A stretch of 64,000 bases of DNA from Octopus bimaculoides (lineage: Eukaryota): positions 158,468,007-158,532,006 of the forward strand of contig NC_068981.1 of NCBI RefSeq assembly GCF_001194135.2. The letters run 5' to 3'. The notes beneath the pieces were generated by a model. It made no database searches. It was not told the DNA's origin and was given only the letters and a program-made list of their open reading frames with translations. Position numbers and translations under genes: made by a program. This document shows positions 51,699 through 63,980 of this stretch, one piece after another (the stretch's first letter is position 1; every line of letters starts with the position of its first letter).

Positions 51699-51927
51699 AT
51701 TCTTTTTCTTATCTAATGATGAACTTCTCGAAATTCTCTCTGAAACCAAAGACCCTTTACGTGTGCAGCCTCATTTGAAGAAATGTTTCGAAAGCATTGC
51801 CCAGTTGGTTTTCACCCCTGAGAAAGTTATTGTAGCCATGGAATCATCTGAAAAGGAAAGGGTGAATTTCTGTACCAATATTGTCCCATCTGAAGCACAT
51901 GGACTTGTTGAAAAATGGCTTCAACAA
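51699..51927 (+). CDS. DNAH3: Dynein heavy chain exon 22 (linker)
   Basis: tttcag|A...CAA|gtaagt; [31 protein letters not shown]...EKWLQQ. Confidence 0.97.
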
Positions 51928-52766
51928 GTAAGTTAAACAACAATTGCAGTGATAATTGGTTAAATTGTCAGTTAAAAATTACCTCAATTTATACGTTCAT
52001 TATTGGGTTAGGTTTGTTCAAATAATAATATAGTTTCATCATCATTGTTAAACAATCATTTTCCATACTGGCATGAGTTGGATGTCTTGACAGAAGCTGA
52101 TGAGCCAGAGGATTGTACCAAGCTCCAATGTTTGTTTTGGCATAGTTTCTATGGCTGGATGCCCTTCTTAACACCAACCACTTCACAGTGTAATGACTAT
52201 ATTTATGTGGTGCTGGCACTAGTGAGGTCACCAAGTAACTTGTAAGACAAGACCCCTCTTCTGAAGTGTGGGTACTACTGAGGGAGGTGGCTTTATGCTA
52301 GGTGATGAGATGTTAAAGCATGATACATGGATGAGAACAGCAGTTTTTCAAAGAAGATATACATGGCTGTCTCAGTTGGAAAATGAGGGATTGAGTCAAA
52401 GATGTGTCAGGATGTACCCTCAAGTTACAGGGCAAATATAAGAAAAGTGGTCAAGAGGATTGGGCAGAGTGAATGGATAGGTAAGTTTACAAGAGTGTGA
52501 AACGAGAGGGGCAGATGGATAGAGATGAGGATAGAAGTGAATGCAGTGAATGGTGAGCACAGGTGGAGGCATGATCAATGGGGAAACATTAAATATATAG
52601 GAAATAGGGAGAATTAAAGTTTATTACCAACTGGAAATTGGATAGCCCTCATCTGGTACTATTTAGCTCTCATCAATACAACATTGGTGATTGCATCCAG
52701 TACATGGATTTAATCACTGTTGTTTGAAGAATAAGTTATCTTTGATCTGTTTTCCATTAACTTCAG

Positions 52767-52919
52767 GTAGAGCATGCAATGAAACTAAGTCTGAAACAAG
52801 AAATGGCTAAAGCTGTGGAGAGTTATATCCAGAATCATCGAAACAAATGGGTTTTAATGTGGCCCGGACAGATTGTGCTGGCAGCCAGCCAGGTACATTG
52901 GACAGCTGAAATTACAAAG
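52767..52919 (+). CDS. DNAH3: Dynein heavy chain exon 23
   Basis: cttcag|GTA...AAG|gtttgg; WVLMWPGQIVLAASQVHWT. Confidence 0.95.
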
Positions 52920-53764
52920 GTTTGGTAGAAATGATATTTCTATATCTTAAATTAAGTTAAGAAAAGACATTGGAAATTATTTTTATGATTAACTTCATCT
53001 GTTATTATTGTAATCTCCGATCTTCCTCAGGTTTCATATTTCAAGCTTATTTTTAATACATATGACTTCCTAGTTTGAACATGTACAACTTTATGTTATG
53101 AATGTATTCAGCTGCATATTTTGATTATGTACAACTTCTTCAAAAATTACAAGGACTTGTTACCCTGTATTAAATGGTTATTTACCATTTTCCTTTAGGA
53201 TGTTCTTTGAAATATTGTATAAACTACAATTTAGGTTCAAATAAGTAATATCTTATCATCCACTGAGTCATTGGTGTACCACTGAATACTTCTACTTCAA
53301 AAAGCTAATGAGATCATCTCTACATTATCACCTAACCTGCTAAAAATAGAAGCTAAATCTTTCCCAAATAGCATACTACCATCTTCAATAAACAGAGAAA
53401 CATTGGACCATTTTTCTTTGTTTATTTAAAGTGTTGACTGGAGAGAGATTTAGCTGTATTACCCTAATAAAACATGATGGAATGGTCACAGAAGGAACGT
53501 CTTTGATCATTGGTCTGCTCAACCTGCAGTTGTTGTTTAACCTAGGGTTAAACAATAACTTAGTATAATCCAGTTGCAGAATACAATACTGGAATCTTTA
53601 ACTAATACTTTATCAAATCAGTCACCACGTACAATTCAAATAATCTTTACTCTATGAGATTGGTGAAATGAATAAAAGCAGTGAAATTTGTGGTTAAATA
53701 TAGCATGATTTGTTTCTTTTTAACAAAATTAATTTGGATACATTTTTCTTTTTATCCATTGTAG

Positions 53765-53903
53765 GCCATCGAAAAGGGGTCTATCCAGCAATATGTGGAG
53801 AAAAGGCAACACCACATTGAAGAAATTGTGGAAATTGTTCGTGGTAATATTTCAAAAATGGCCAGAATCACTCTTGGAGCTCTCATTGTCATTGATGTTC
53901 ATG
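53765..53903 (+). CDS. DNAH3: Dynein heavy chain exon 24
   Basis: ttgtag|GCC...CATG|gtaaga; VRG...RITLGALIVIDVH; phase 0 to 1. Confidence 0.96.
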
Positions 53904-54797
53904 GTAAGAGATAGAAGTTCAGTTACTCTTCATGTTGTTCATATTTAGTTGAAAAAATGTTGCACACAAGAACATTGATTTTTTCACAATGATTATTGTT
54001 ATAATTGGTGTTGTTGTAGTTCAGCTCCAGGTCAACCCTGATTGAAAAGATTTATGATCAAAACATTTACACTATGACCATCCTTTCATAAGTTATCCAT
54101 AATAGTCTCTAGCCTGAAAGTCCTGCAAAACAAACCAGCTAGTTCATCCTCATCAATGTGTAAGGTTTTTCCAAGCACATCATTGCACTTATCAACAGTT
54201 GGTTCCCTATATATTACAAAAGTGGAACTTTCACCAACTGCATTGCTCTGTTTGTAGAGAGTTATGAACACCTGATGACTTTCCAGATGCCAGGCACCCT
54301 GACTGGTGTGTTGTGGTAGTAGCAGCATCCATTGTCTTCCCCCTCATTATTTACATTTCAGAGAATTGTAGTTGTTGTTGCCTCTGCAACTGCCTATCGC
54401 TACTCTTCTCCTACTTTTCCTGTTCCCTTGTTAAGCAGCAGGGCCTTTATATGGTTTGTACTCCCATATATGTGTGGCAGGTGGAATTCTCACCTGCACC
54501 ATTAGTCTGATTGACCTCTTTTCCATTCCCACAATGGAGTAAAATTCTGAGATAGTCTCATGTTCTTCATGCATCTAAAGATACACAGACTCTATGACTA
54601 CATGTTGTTAAGTGTCACCTCTGTGCTCCCCACCTACCCATACTGTACCACAAAGGTGACAATAAACTAAGGGCCCACATCAACACAAATATCTCTGGCT
54701 GTGAGCCTTATATTCCTCTTGCTTGTATACTTACACCAAGTTTCCATATTCTCTTGTCTTTATCATTTCTTTGTTTCTCTTACTTTTTCCCAATTAG

Positions 54798-54996
54798 CTC
54801 GAGATATTGAGTCCCAGTTAATCAGTTCTCAAGTAAGTAATGTACAAGACTTTAACTGGATTAGCCATTTGCGGTACTATTTTGAAGACCAGTCTGTAAT
54901 AGTTCGAATGGTGACCACCTCAGTTGCATATGCCTATGAATATCTGGGGAATTCAAGCCGTCTCGTAATCACACCACTTACAGACAGGTGTTACAG
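54798..54996 (+). CDS. DNAH3: Dynein heavy chain exon 25
   Basis: caattag|CT...TACAG|gtgagc; ARD...YEYLGNSSRLVITPLTDRCY; phase 1 to 2. Confidence 0.97.
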
Positions 54997-55426
54997 GTGA
55001 GCAACAGTTTATGGATTTGTATTACATCTAATTTATTTCCCTGTTATTGTTATTGTTGCTTTTGTTGCCATCCCTCTTTGTGTGATTGGGGAACAGTATT
55101 TCTGAACTGTAGCGATTATGGTTAGCTGCTCTGTGGCATTAGACAGCAGCATGTTTCTGTGTATTATTTCATTTGTGGACAATTATGAAATTTTATATTA
55201 ATTAAAATCAGTTAAAAATTTCTTGGGAACACAGTACTTGAATGTTGATTTGATAAAATATGTATTAAAAAATTGTTCATTAATATTGATGAAATTTATT
55301 CTTAAAGTAAAACTTTCGTTGATGTGATTGTATTAATAATGTGCACAAACATTTTGTATATGCATCATTTTGCACATATGTTTAGTGTGTATTAGTCAAT
55401 TCTTTTTAACTTTTGACATTTTTTAG

Positions 55427-55535
55427 AACTCTTATGAGTGCCATCAGATTAAATTTGGGTGGAGCACCTGAAGGACCTGCTGGAACTGGGAAAACAGAAA
55501 CATCAAAAGATTTAGCAAAAGCAGTTGCAAAACAG
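55427..55535 (+). CDS. DNAH3: Dynein heavy chain exon 26 (AAA1 Walker A)
   Basis: tttttag|A...CAG|gtagta; [22 protein letters not shown]. Confidence 0.98.
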
Positions 55536-56553
55536 GTAGTACAACTAATATGATATATTCAGCGGGTTAGATATCAAGTGGTGCAATGAAAATTATCTCA
55601 GTAGTAAATGTTATCAAAATAAAACAAAACCTAGAAACAATAAATAGCATAGATTACAGCATACTGGACATGTATATGGACGACTCAACAGGGTGAGATG
55701 AATAATCAGATGGAAGACTAGAAATTTGGATCCTGTCACACACAATTCATGTAGCCCTAAGTGGGCACCATATATATATTTATATATTGTTATAGTTCAC
55801 AACTGTAAATTGTTGTGTATTTTTCTAAACTCACAATATTGAGTTCAACTCATCCTGAGAGTTTAATGAATGTAATAGGAAATCATTCCAGTTTTAGTCT
55901 TATCTTGAACCTCAACATGAAAATTAGATTTACAAGTGTGCTTCAGTTTTCTGTTTTCAAGAAAATGTAACATACTGTAATAGGCCCCAATACACATAAT
56001 TTAAATCCTGGGCTGAGTGGAAACCAAACTGCTTTGAAATTTGGTAAGATACATTCTATAGATAAAAACAATATAATTGCTTTTATATTTGATAATGCTT
56101 AACAAACTTCATCAATGAGCAAAGCTTTCTGATTTTATGGTGCAGAAACACAGAAACTGAAAAATGACTTAACAAGCAGCTAAGAACAACTTCACATGCT
56201 CATGAATTATATTATACTTGAAGTAATCTAGAAAGATCATTAAACAACGAAGGGAAATTTGAAAACAAACAAAACTATTTGATATTTTATCATTTTATTA
56301 AGTGACCCTCATAAAAACCTATCGTATGTCTGCTATCCAGATACTGTTTTGACATGGTTGAAACTCTGAGCTATCAAATTTGTTACATCACATACTATGA
56401 CTGATAGTCAAGACATCAAATTGTTGCACATGTTCTGTCATTTAATCAGTGTCATTTTATCAATCCTGGCTAGATGAAAAGTTACACTTACCTCTGACTG
56501 ACCTTCATCATCCAAGGTAAACAAAATCCAAATACCATTTTTAGTTATCAGCT

Positions 56554-56886
56554 CAGGTAGGAGACTCCGAAAGGGGTTTCAGGGAGTAACGTCTCTGCCT
56601 TCCTGAACTAGTTTTCCACCACATTTCTTTAAAAATTATGGTGGAAGCCTTGGTCTCAGGACCACTCATGTCTAGAAACTGAGGTTGGGAGTAAGCAAGG
56701 GCATGCTCCCCATAGAAAATCCAGCTCCAAAAAAAGCCTTATGATAGCAAAGGAGAATGGGCCTCAGCCAGCCCAATGGTTGGGGTGGACTACACCTGCC
56801 TACCTCGGTTGCTATGGTATTGAGGTAGATCCAGCCACCCCCATTAACAGGGACGAAAACCAGATTTAAAACACTGGATGATGATG
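56554..56886 (+). mobile_element. Non-LTR-type short retroposon with (GAT)n tail and 17-bp TSD
   Basis: TSD ATTTTTAGTTATCAGCT at 56537-56553 and 56887-56903; tail GGATGATGATG. Confidence 0.8.
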
Positions 56887-57052
56887 ATTTTTAGTTATCA
56901 GCTGAAACTATCTGTGATTATCATAAATGTATATCTTTAAATCCTGTGAAAGAGTTATAAATGCCTCAATTTCCATATCTTCTTTGATCAATAAATTTTA
57001 AAATTTCAAACATAATTATGTAATCATTATGGATTCTATAATTATTTTACAG

Positions 57053-57172
57053 TGTGTTGTTTTTAACTGCTCAGACAGTCTGGACTATAAAGCCATGGGC
57101 AAATTTTTTAAAGGTCTGGCCCAGTCTGGTGCTTGGGCATGTTTTGATGAATTTAACAGAATAGAATTGGAG
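57053..57172 (+). CDS. DNAH3: Dynein heavy chain exon 27 (AAA1 Walker B)
   Basis: tttacag|TGT...GAG|gtaagt; [37 protein letters not shown]. Confidence 0.98.
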
Positions 57173-58248
57173 GTAAGTGTTACTAGTTAGCTGAAGTAAG
57201 TATTGCATGTTGTATGTATAAGAATAGGTAACAGATTGTAATTTTGAGTGGTAAATATGACTTATGACTTATGTCATCATTGCTCTTGAGAAATGTATGA
57301 ATAGCACAACACTTCATTTCTCCCCTAATATGAATATTAGGCTTTCTATATATGAAATCAGTAGTTTATCATGTGGTTTGACAGTACCACAAAGTAAGAG
57401 AAAAGTTTTTAGCAGAGCTTTTCTGTGAGCTGATTTCAATAACTGACTTACTTCTTTTATAAACTAACATATTTAAAGCAGATATGAACATTACAAATGC
57501 TTCAGTTTTTTAGTATTTTCAAAAAGTTGGTACCAGTGGTTAACTATAGAATATAATGACCAAAATGTTGCTCCTGTGTGAAAAGAATATGTAAAGTCTA
57601 CATTATGGATTGGATAGACTGAAGCAAATTAATTAAAAATGACTGAGTATTGAACTTATTTGTTTACCGGTTCATGTATCATAAAAATAAATTCTGCTGC
57701 AGGGTTTTGCTATATTTAGCTACATTTATGCTTGTTCTTATCCACAATTGTATAGACTAGATTAAGTTTAAGAATTTATTCATAACAATGATGAACTTAT
57801 TGTATACAGTGCTCAGGCACACTACAATTTCTGAACAAAATTCTTGACTATTTATATGTCAGTCATGGTTATCCACACTGAAGATCAACAGAAAATCATT
57901 TTAATATAACCCTTATTATGAGGTCTGTCCAAATGTAAAATGAATTTTTAAAAACAAAATTTGTCGTTTTATTTACAATTTAATCAAATATGTCCCCCTC
58001 TGAATAGTTCCCTCCATTGTTACGGGACCACTTCCAGCAGACTCTAGATGGTTGGTCTGCAAGAAAGAACAGCCAAAACTCTCACAAATTTTTAAAAGAT
58101 AGATACAGATCTGTTTGATTAGAGCTAACCTAGTGTTAAACAACAATGGAATTTTGATGCCTGTAATGAAGCTCATTAAATGCATTAAATGTGGTAAAAG
58201 CTTCAACACCTTGATTTGTTCTCTTTTTCATTTGTCCTCTTTCTCAAG

Positions 58249-58557
58249 GTATTGTCTGTGATTGCTCAACAACTACAAACTATCCAGCGTGCTATAATAG
58301 AACAACGGAATATGTTTGTCTTTGAAGGGACATACATATCTCTTGATCCTACCTGTACTATCTTCATCACAATGAATCCTGGATATGCAGGTCGAGCAGA
58401 GCTGCCAGACAATCTGAAAGTATTGTTTCGTACTGTGGCCATGATGGTACCTGACTATGCCATGATTTCAGAAATCCTCCTATATTCAATGGGCTTTGCT
58501 GATGCCAGAAATCTTTCAACAAAAATTGTTGCTACCTACAGACTCTGCTCAGAACAG
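58249..58557 (+). CDS. DNAH3: Dynein heavy chain exon 28 (AAA1 sensor region)
   Basis: tctcaag|GTA...CAG|gtagaa; [32 protein letters not shown]...YRLCSEQ. Confidence 0.98.
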
Positions 58558-58930
58558 GTAGAAAGTTCTATTCTCTTCCTCAGACTCTCTTTGTAATAAT
58601 TATTCTTTTTGCCATTTCCTACATTTCAATGAATATCATTAATTTCATTCTATTTAGCCTCCTCTTCCAGTTATTTTCTTCCATTTCATTAGTAAATGGT
58701 GTCATCATTACCATCTTTTTCATCATCATCATCATAGAAAGTATATCATTGAAATTAAGTGACCTAGTAACATAATATGTAGTGCAGCAACTGTACTTAG
58801 TTAAGGTAACATTATATATACTGTTAACAATTGGAGAGAAACGTGGTAAAGCTGTATGCTTATATGTAACACAATATAGGAATGTAGTCAAACCTTGTAC
58901 TATACTTGCTGTGCATAAATATCATTTTCA

Positions 58931-59345
58931 AATTTGGACTCAAAGCTAGCAATTTCAGAGTAGGAGGTAAGTCGATTACATCAACCCCAGTATTCAACTG
59001 GTACTTATTTCATCAATTCTGAAAGGATGAAAGGTAAAGTTGATCTCAATGGAATTTAAACTTGGAACATAAAGACATATGAAATGCTGCTAAGCGTTTT
59101 GCTCAGCATACTAATGATTCTGTCAGTTCACAAGGCAGTGAGCTGGCAGAAACGTTAGCATGCCGGGTGAAATGCTGAGTGGTATATCATCTGTCCTTAC
59201 GTTCTGAGTTCAAATTCCGCCAAGGTCGACTTTGCCTTTCATCCTTTCAGGGTCGGTAAATTAAGTACCAGTTGTGTTCTGGGGTTGATCTAATCAACTG
59301 GCCCCCTCCCCAAAAATTTCAGGCCTTGTGTCTAGAGGTGAAAAG
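58931..59345. mobile_element. Head-to-head inverted pair of family A SINEs
   Basis: Minus copy 58931-59131, 6-nt spacer AAGGCA, plus copy 59138-59345. Confidence 0.8.
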
Positions 59346-60395
59346 ATTCTGCCAGTTCGCTGCCTTCTCACTGTACATAAATATAGTAACACTAATTATG
59401 TAACTAAACATCTGTAGAAATGTATATGTAAAATACCCACTGTCCTGGGCTGTGGTAACACTATGTGTGCTATGCTCACTGTATATAATATACTCATAGT
59501 ACAAAATTATTGCGGTACTGTACATGTATCATGCCCACTTCACAGATATAGAGGGACGCTATATATACTAAAAAAAATATATGTAGTTTTTCTCCAATCC
59601 TCCTTCAAAAGAGCTGCACTCCTGAAATATTCACTCCTCTCTCACCTTTTCTCTGTTGGTAAACTGTAACTGGGCATCAATAATACTTCTTATCATACCC
59701 TGTTATCTTTATCTTATTAGCAAAAATAAAGATAATAAGCACTGATGATCATTTTTTTTTTTTTTTTTTTTTAATGTTTAATCAGAGAATAAAGAACAGC
59801 ACCCATGGTCTGTTGAAGGACTCCAAGACTGTTGGTTAAAAAAAAGTGAGTGGGACTGGAGGTTTGGTTTGAATGCTTGCAACAGAGTGCACCCCATTAA
59901 AAACATCTAGTTGTTGTAAATGATCTCTCTGATAAGCTTCTGCAAAGTTTTCATTACTCAGTTTCCTTCATAAAGCTTTTTGTCAAACTGAGGCTATAGT
60001 AGAAAATATTTTACTGCGCAGTAAGATCAAATCTAGAACCATGTAGTCACAATGCTGTTGAGAGGAAGCCCTCCAAAACAGTGCGCATGCTCTCCTATTA
60101 ATCTCATAAGTTTGCTAGCATCTGGTATGCAGAGCTTTCAACTGGTAGCACTTGCATCAGCAAGCTGTTTGCAAAAAGTCATATGCAATTGCTGTGTTAT
60201 AGTCCCTAAATAAATTTAAAAGTTTTAATTTAAAGATAAGCTGTCAGAAGCCTTGCCTATTCTCTAGTTCCTAGACAAATAAATATGTTTTAATCTTAAG
60301 TTATCAAAGTCCTTACCTAATTCCTAAAAAAATGTTATTTCAAGATAAGTTACCAAAGTCAAGCAATTATGTAAATTCTGTTATTTTCTGTCTAG

Positions 60396-60539
60396 CTCTC
60401 CACACAACAGCATTATGATTATGGAATGAGAGCTGTGAGGTCTGTATTGACAGCTGTGGGTAACCTCAAGCTGATGTACCCAGACCAAAGTGAAGCACTT
60501 TTGGTCTTAAAATCAATCAAAGATGTCAACTTGCCAAAA
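60396..60539 (+). CDS. DNAH3: Dynein heavy chain exon 29
   Basis: gtctag|CTC...AAA|gtaaga; [14 protein letters not shown]...DVNLPK. Confidence 0.97.
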
Positions 60540-60624
60540 GTAAGATTTTATTTTTATCTTTGCTTCTGTTTGCTGACACTTTTTTTGTTGTTGATCTAGG
60601 GCAATTTATATGTAGGATACTGAC

Positions 60625-60668
<44 letters not shown>

Positions 60669-61585
60669 ATACATGCATGTACATGTGTAGAACTGCTCCC
60701 TACATATATAAATATAAGATATCCTATGACTGAGCTTATGATGAAACTGAATGCTGTTAAGTATATATACCACAATAATAACAGACAAATCACCCTCAAA
60801 TCACTTTCTACTATCTTAAGAAGTTCACATTCAATAATGTAATCCAAAGTGAAGTATTTAAAGGGAAACAAAGACAGTATTGTTCATGGTTTTGATTAAC
60901 AGTCTACTCAATCAGACCCCCATTACTTAGGGGTGAATAAAGGTTTCAAATTTTTGTGTGAAGTCAGCAATTTTAGAGAGAGAGGGAATAAGTCAATTAC
61001 ATTAATGCCAGTGCTCAACTGGTACTTATTTTATCGATCCCAAAAGGATGAAAAGCAAGTGAACTTCAACAGCATTTGAATTCAAAATGTAAAACTGAAA
61101 GAAATACTGTTAAACATTTTATCTGATATGATGAATTAAATAACAACAACAATAATTGATCTATAGGTAAGCAGTTCATATCATAACCCCAGTATTATAT
61201 AAAGTCTTTGATCAAGACACATAGTATTCAATGTTAAAATTCACCTAAAGTAGGTGTCACAGGCTGGTGTAATTCACTGCTATAAGAAGCAGTAGGCCTG
61301 TGGATTTGAGAAATGTAGGAGTTTTTTTTTTTCCAATACAGGTTTTTCTAATGCTCATGACAAAATATATGTGCAATATAGCAACATACTGTCCAAGACA
61401 GATTATTTTCTCATCAACATATTACTATGCATGAGAAAAAAAAACTGAAATGATCATTAGTTTCCATTGACAGAAACAGATAAATAAAGAATTTCAAGAA
61501 ATACTATAGCATAATAAGAACCAGTAGTTCAGGGTGTTAACTTTACAAATCTTCATCATCATTCCTTTAATTTCTTATATTGCAG

Positions 61586-61750
61586 TTCCTTTCTCAAGAT
61601 ATCACATTATTTGAAGGAATAATATCAGATCTGTTCCCAGGATTAGAATTACCTCAGAGTGAATACAGTCATTTAGAGATGGCAATAAAGAAGACTTTAG
61701 ACATAAGGAACCTGCAGCCTGTACCTTGGTATATTGAAAAAATAATCCAG
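61586..61750 (+). CDS. DNAH3: Dynein heavy chain exon 30
   Basis: ttgcag|TTC...CAG|gtattc; FLSQDITLFEGIISDLFPG...LQPVPWYIEKIIQ. Confidence 0.97.
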
Positions 61751-62257
61751 GTATTCATCTATCATTTTTTTACTATGTAGAGCAAGAGTGAATCTGCTTA
61801 TTAAAATATACATGTAGGAATGGATGGATGCATGCATACATGTATGTATGAATATATGTATATGTTATACCATTCATATTATGAATATTAAATGCAACCA
61901 TTTGACATAATAGCACATTCATTGCCATTCTCTTTTCCTACATGCCATTCTAATCCATGATTCCCCACGTTCACCACCTCAACTATGATCATCACTGAGT
62001 TTCTGAGCATGCTTCCCCAGCCAAAATTAAACATAAACACCGCATGCTCATTCATCATTAACATCAGACTCAGCTTTTACATTTGACTCACTCTTAACAA
62101 ATGATCTAATCTTGACATATTGCCTAAAATTATTGTCTTATCTGCGAGCAATCATATTTAATAAAATAAGAAAACTATATGTGATATATTTTCATAATGA
62201 AAATATTGTTAATTTTATGTTGATATATTTATATTTTCTTACCGTCAACCCTGACAG

Positions 62258-62392
62258 ATATACAATATGATCTTGGTACGCCATGGTTTAATGATTGTTG
62301 GGGAACCTATAGCTGGCAAGACCTGTGCCTATAAGGTGCTGGCTGATGCTCTTGGAGACCTTTCTCAACAAAATCTTATGGATGAGAATCAG
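62258..62392 (+). CDS. DNAH3: Dynein heavy chain exon 31 (AAA2 P-loop)
   Basis: ctgacag|ATA...CAG|gtaaga; [16 protein letters not shown]. Confidence 0.97.
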
Positions 62393-63669
62393 GTAAGATA
62401 TTGCTTTGTTTTATTACATTTCTTCACTTTCCATAATTACATTTATGGCAAGCAAAGGAATTTGATGATGGTTCTCTAGTCTAATGGATACTGTAGCATA
62501 AATAGTTAGCTTCTGTCAAAATGAACCAGTGATCCAGGTTCATTTATTTTCTTCTTCTCTTCAAACAGATGCAACTGAGATGCATCTCGCAATATTGCAC
62601 CAGGAGTCTTTATCCTCCATCAACTTTGGTAAAGCTGCAATTTTATGTTGTTGTCTTTACCAATAACATAAAGGTAGTTGAGTGAATGGACTTAGTCCTC
62701 AATTAAGATGCAGAGGTTTCTAAAATACATAAGATATGACCTGTTGTTCAGCAGGATAACAGTGGCCAACTTTGAGCAATGATAGTAGAAATGAGTGTTA
62801 GCTATTTTACTGTTTGAGGGTTTATTATTTACTGAAAGGAAAAAAGACAATGTGGATTCATGTCATCCTATTTCTTGCAGAATCCCTAAGACTAGTTGAA
62901 GAAATGATGAAAGAACTAGAGACCTAATCTGAATGCTTGCATTATGAGAGTTTCTCTCATAGTAAGTACAGCAGTATAGTGGGGACAAATATTACCTCAT
63001 AGTACAAAATGTTATCACTCTAGTACATATTATGTATGATGTACAAACGATATATCATACACAATTTATATAGACAATGCTGGGATATTTCTGACAAATA
63101 CCAGACCATGTTATAACATTTTCTGTTGTAATATATAATAGTATCCTCTGCAGAGTCCAGATCAATGCAAGGTTTTATTATGGAAGACCGACAGCTACTG
63201 TTACAATAAATTTCTCTTCTCCATGCCATTGATGTTGCCCTTGGGAAAGGCTGAGCTGAATACAGTGTGCCATCTGTGCCTTTGCAGGAAACTCAGAACA
63301 TCAAGAACCAGAACAAATACCACTAATCATTTTGTCCAAAGTACTAAGGATTTTGAATTTTATTTATCAACCCTACAACTCCAGAAAGATGAAAAGCAAT
63401 GTTAGTACACATGTTCATAGTGGGTCTGGTAGATATACAGAGTTGCCCCCATCCACTGCTACCTTAAACTGTTACAATTTCTACTGTATAACACATAGAT
63501 GAGGATGAGGATAACAGCAATAGTAGTTGCAGGAGTGGTGGCAATAATGATAACAATCATATGTTGTTGTTGCTGTTATTTTTGTTGTTGATTGGTGATG
63601 AGTGATGATGATGATGCCAAACTTACAGTCAACCAGAAAAATTGAGTTTTATGTTATTTCTTATTGCAG

Positions 63670-63757
63670 GTTGACTACCGAATTATTAACCCGAAAGCCA
63701 TAACAATGGGTCAACTGTATGGTAGATGTGACCCAATCACTAATGAATGGACTGATG
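63670..63757 (+). CDS. DNAH3: Dynein heavy chain exon 32 (last in window)
   Basis: ttgcag|GTT...GATG|gtaaac; INPKAITMGQLYG...EWTDG. Confidence 0.97.
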
Positions 63758-63824
63758 GTAAACTCATTGTGCATGTTTCCATTAACGCAATGATAGATTG
63801 CTACACACGTTTTTTTTTTTTTTC

Positions 63825-63980
63825 TCTCATTGTTTCTCTCTGTGTTCCTTTCTGTGGAAGAGCATAGGCTCGAAACGTTAAAGACTTTTTCAATTCCCGA
63901 GCGTTATACTAATACATTTGTTTATTTTCTACACCACCTGTCTTCGTCTTTTGTTTTTTGGGGGAATTCTCCCTATATAT
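63825..63980 (+). mobile_element. Penelope-like terminal repeat fragment
   Basis: GAAGAGCATAGGCTCGAAACGT motif, CpG-rich in a CpG-poor region, ending at (TA)n. Confidence 0.5.

Larger units (their letters stand above)
1257..63757 (+). other. DNAH3: Gene span (partial at both ends): axonemal inner-arm dynein heavy chain, DNAH3-like, 32 coding exons
   Basis: All 32 exons have AG/GT boundaries and matching phases, giving one stop-free 5107-nt ORF. AAA1 P-loop GPAGTGKT, Walker B CFDEFNR, AAA2 P-loop [12 protein letters not shown]3-type residues recalled from the human protein: [63 protein letters not shown]. Orthology within DNAH3/7/12 needs a tree. Confidence 0.85.

Noticed and set aside
54086-54328. 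80-aa minus-strand ORF in intron 24
   Set aside because: No recognisable motif or splice context, so it cannot be supported as a nested gene.
56808-56822. RFX X-box-like GTTGCTATGGTATT in a ciliary gene
   Set aside because: Imperfect second half-site, deep in intron 26 and inside a retroposon; no clear X-box near the 5' end.
58178-58207. KCIKCGKSF zinc-finger-like peptide
   Set aside because: No following His pair, and it overlaps the exon 28 polypyrimidine region; probably chance or transposon debris.
11044-63867. Many 60-180 aa ORFs in the supplied track (poly-X, VC, TH, ER, YI repeats)
   Set aside because: Translations of microsatellites, N-gaps, antisense exon frames or intron read-through; no independent coding evidence.
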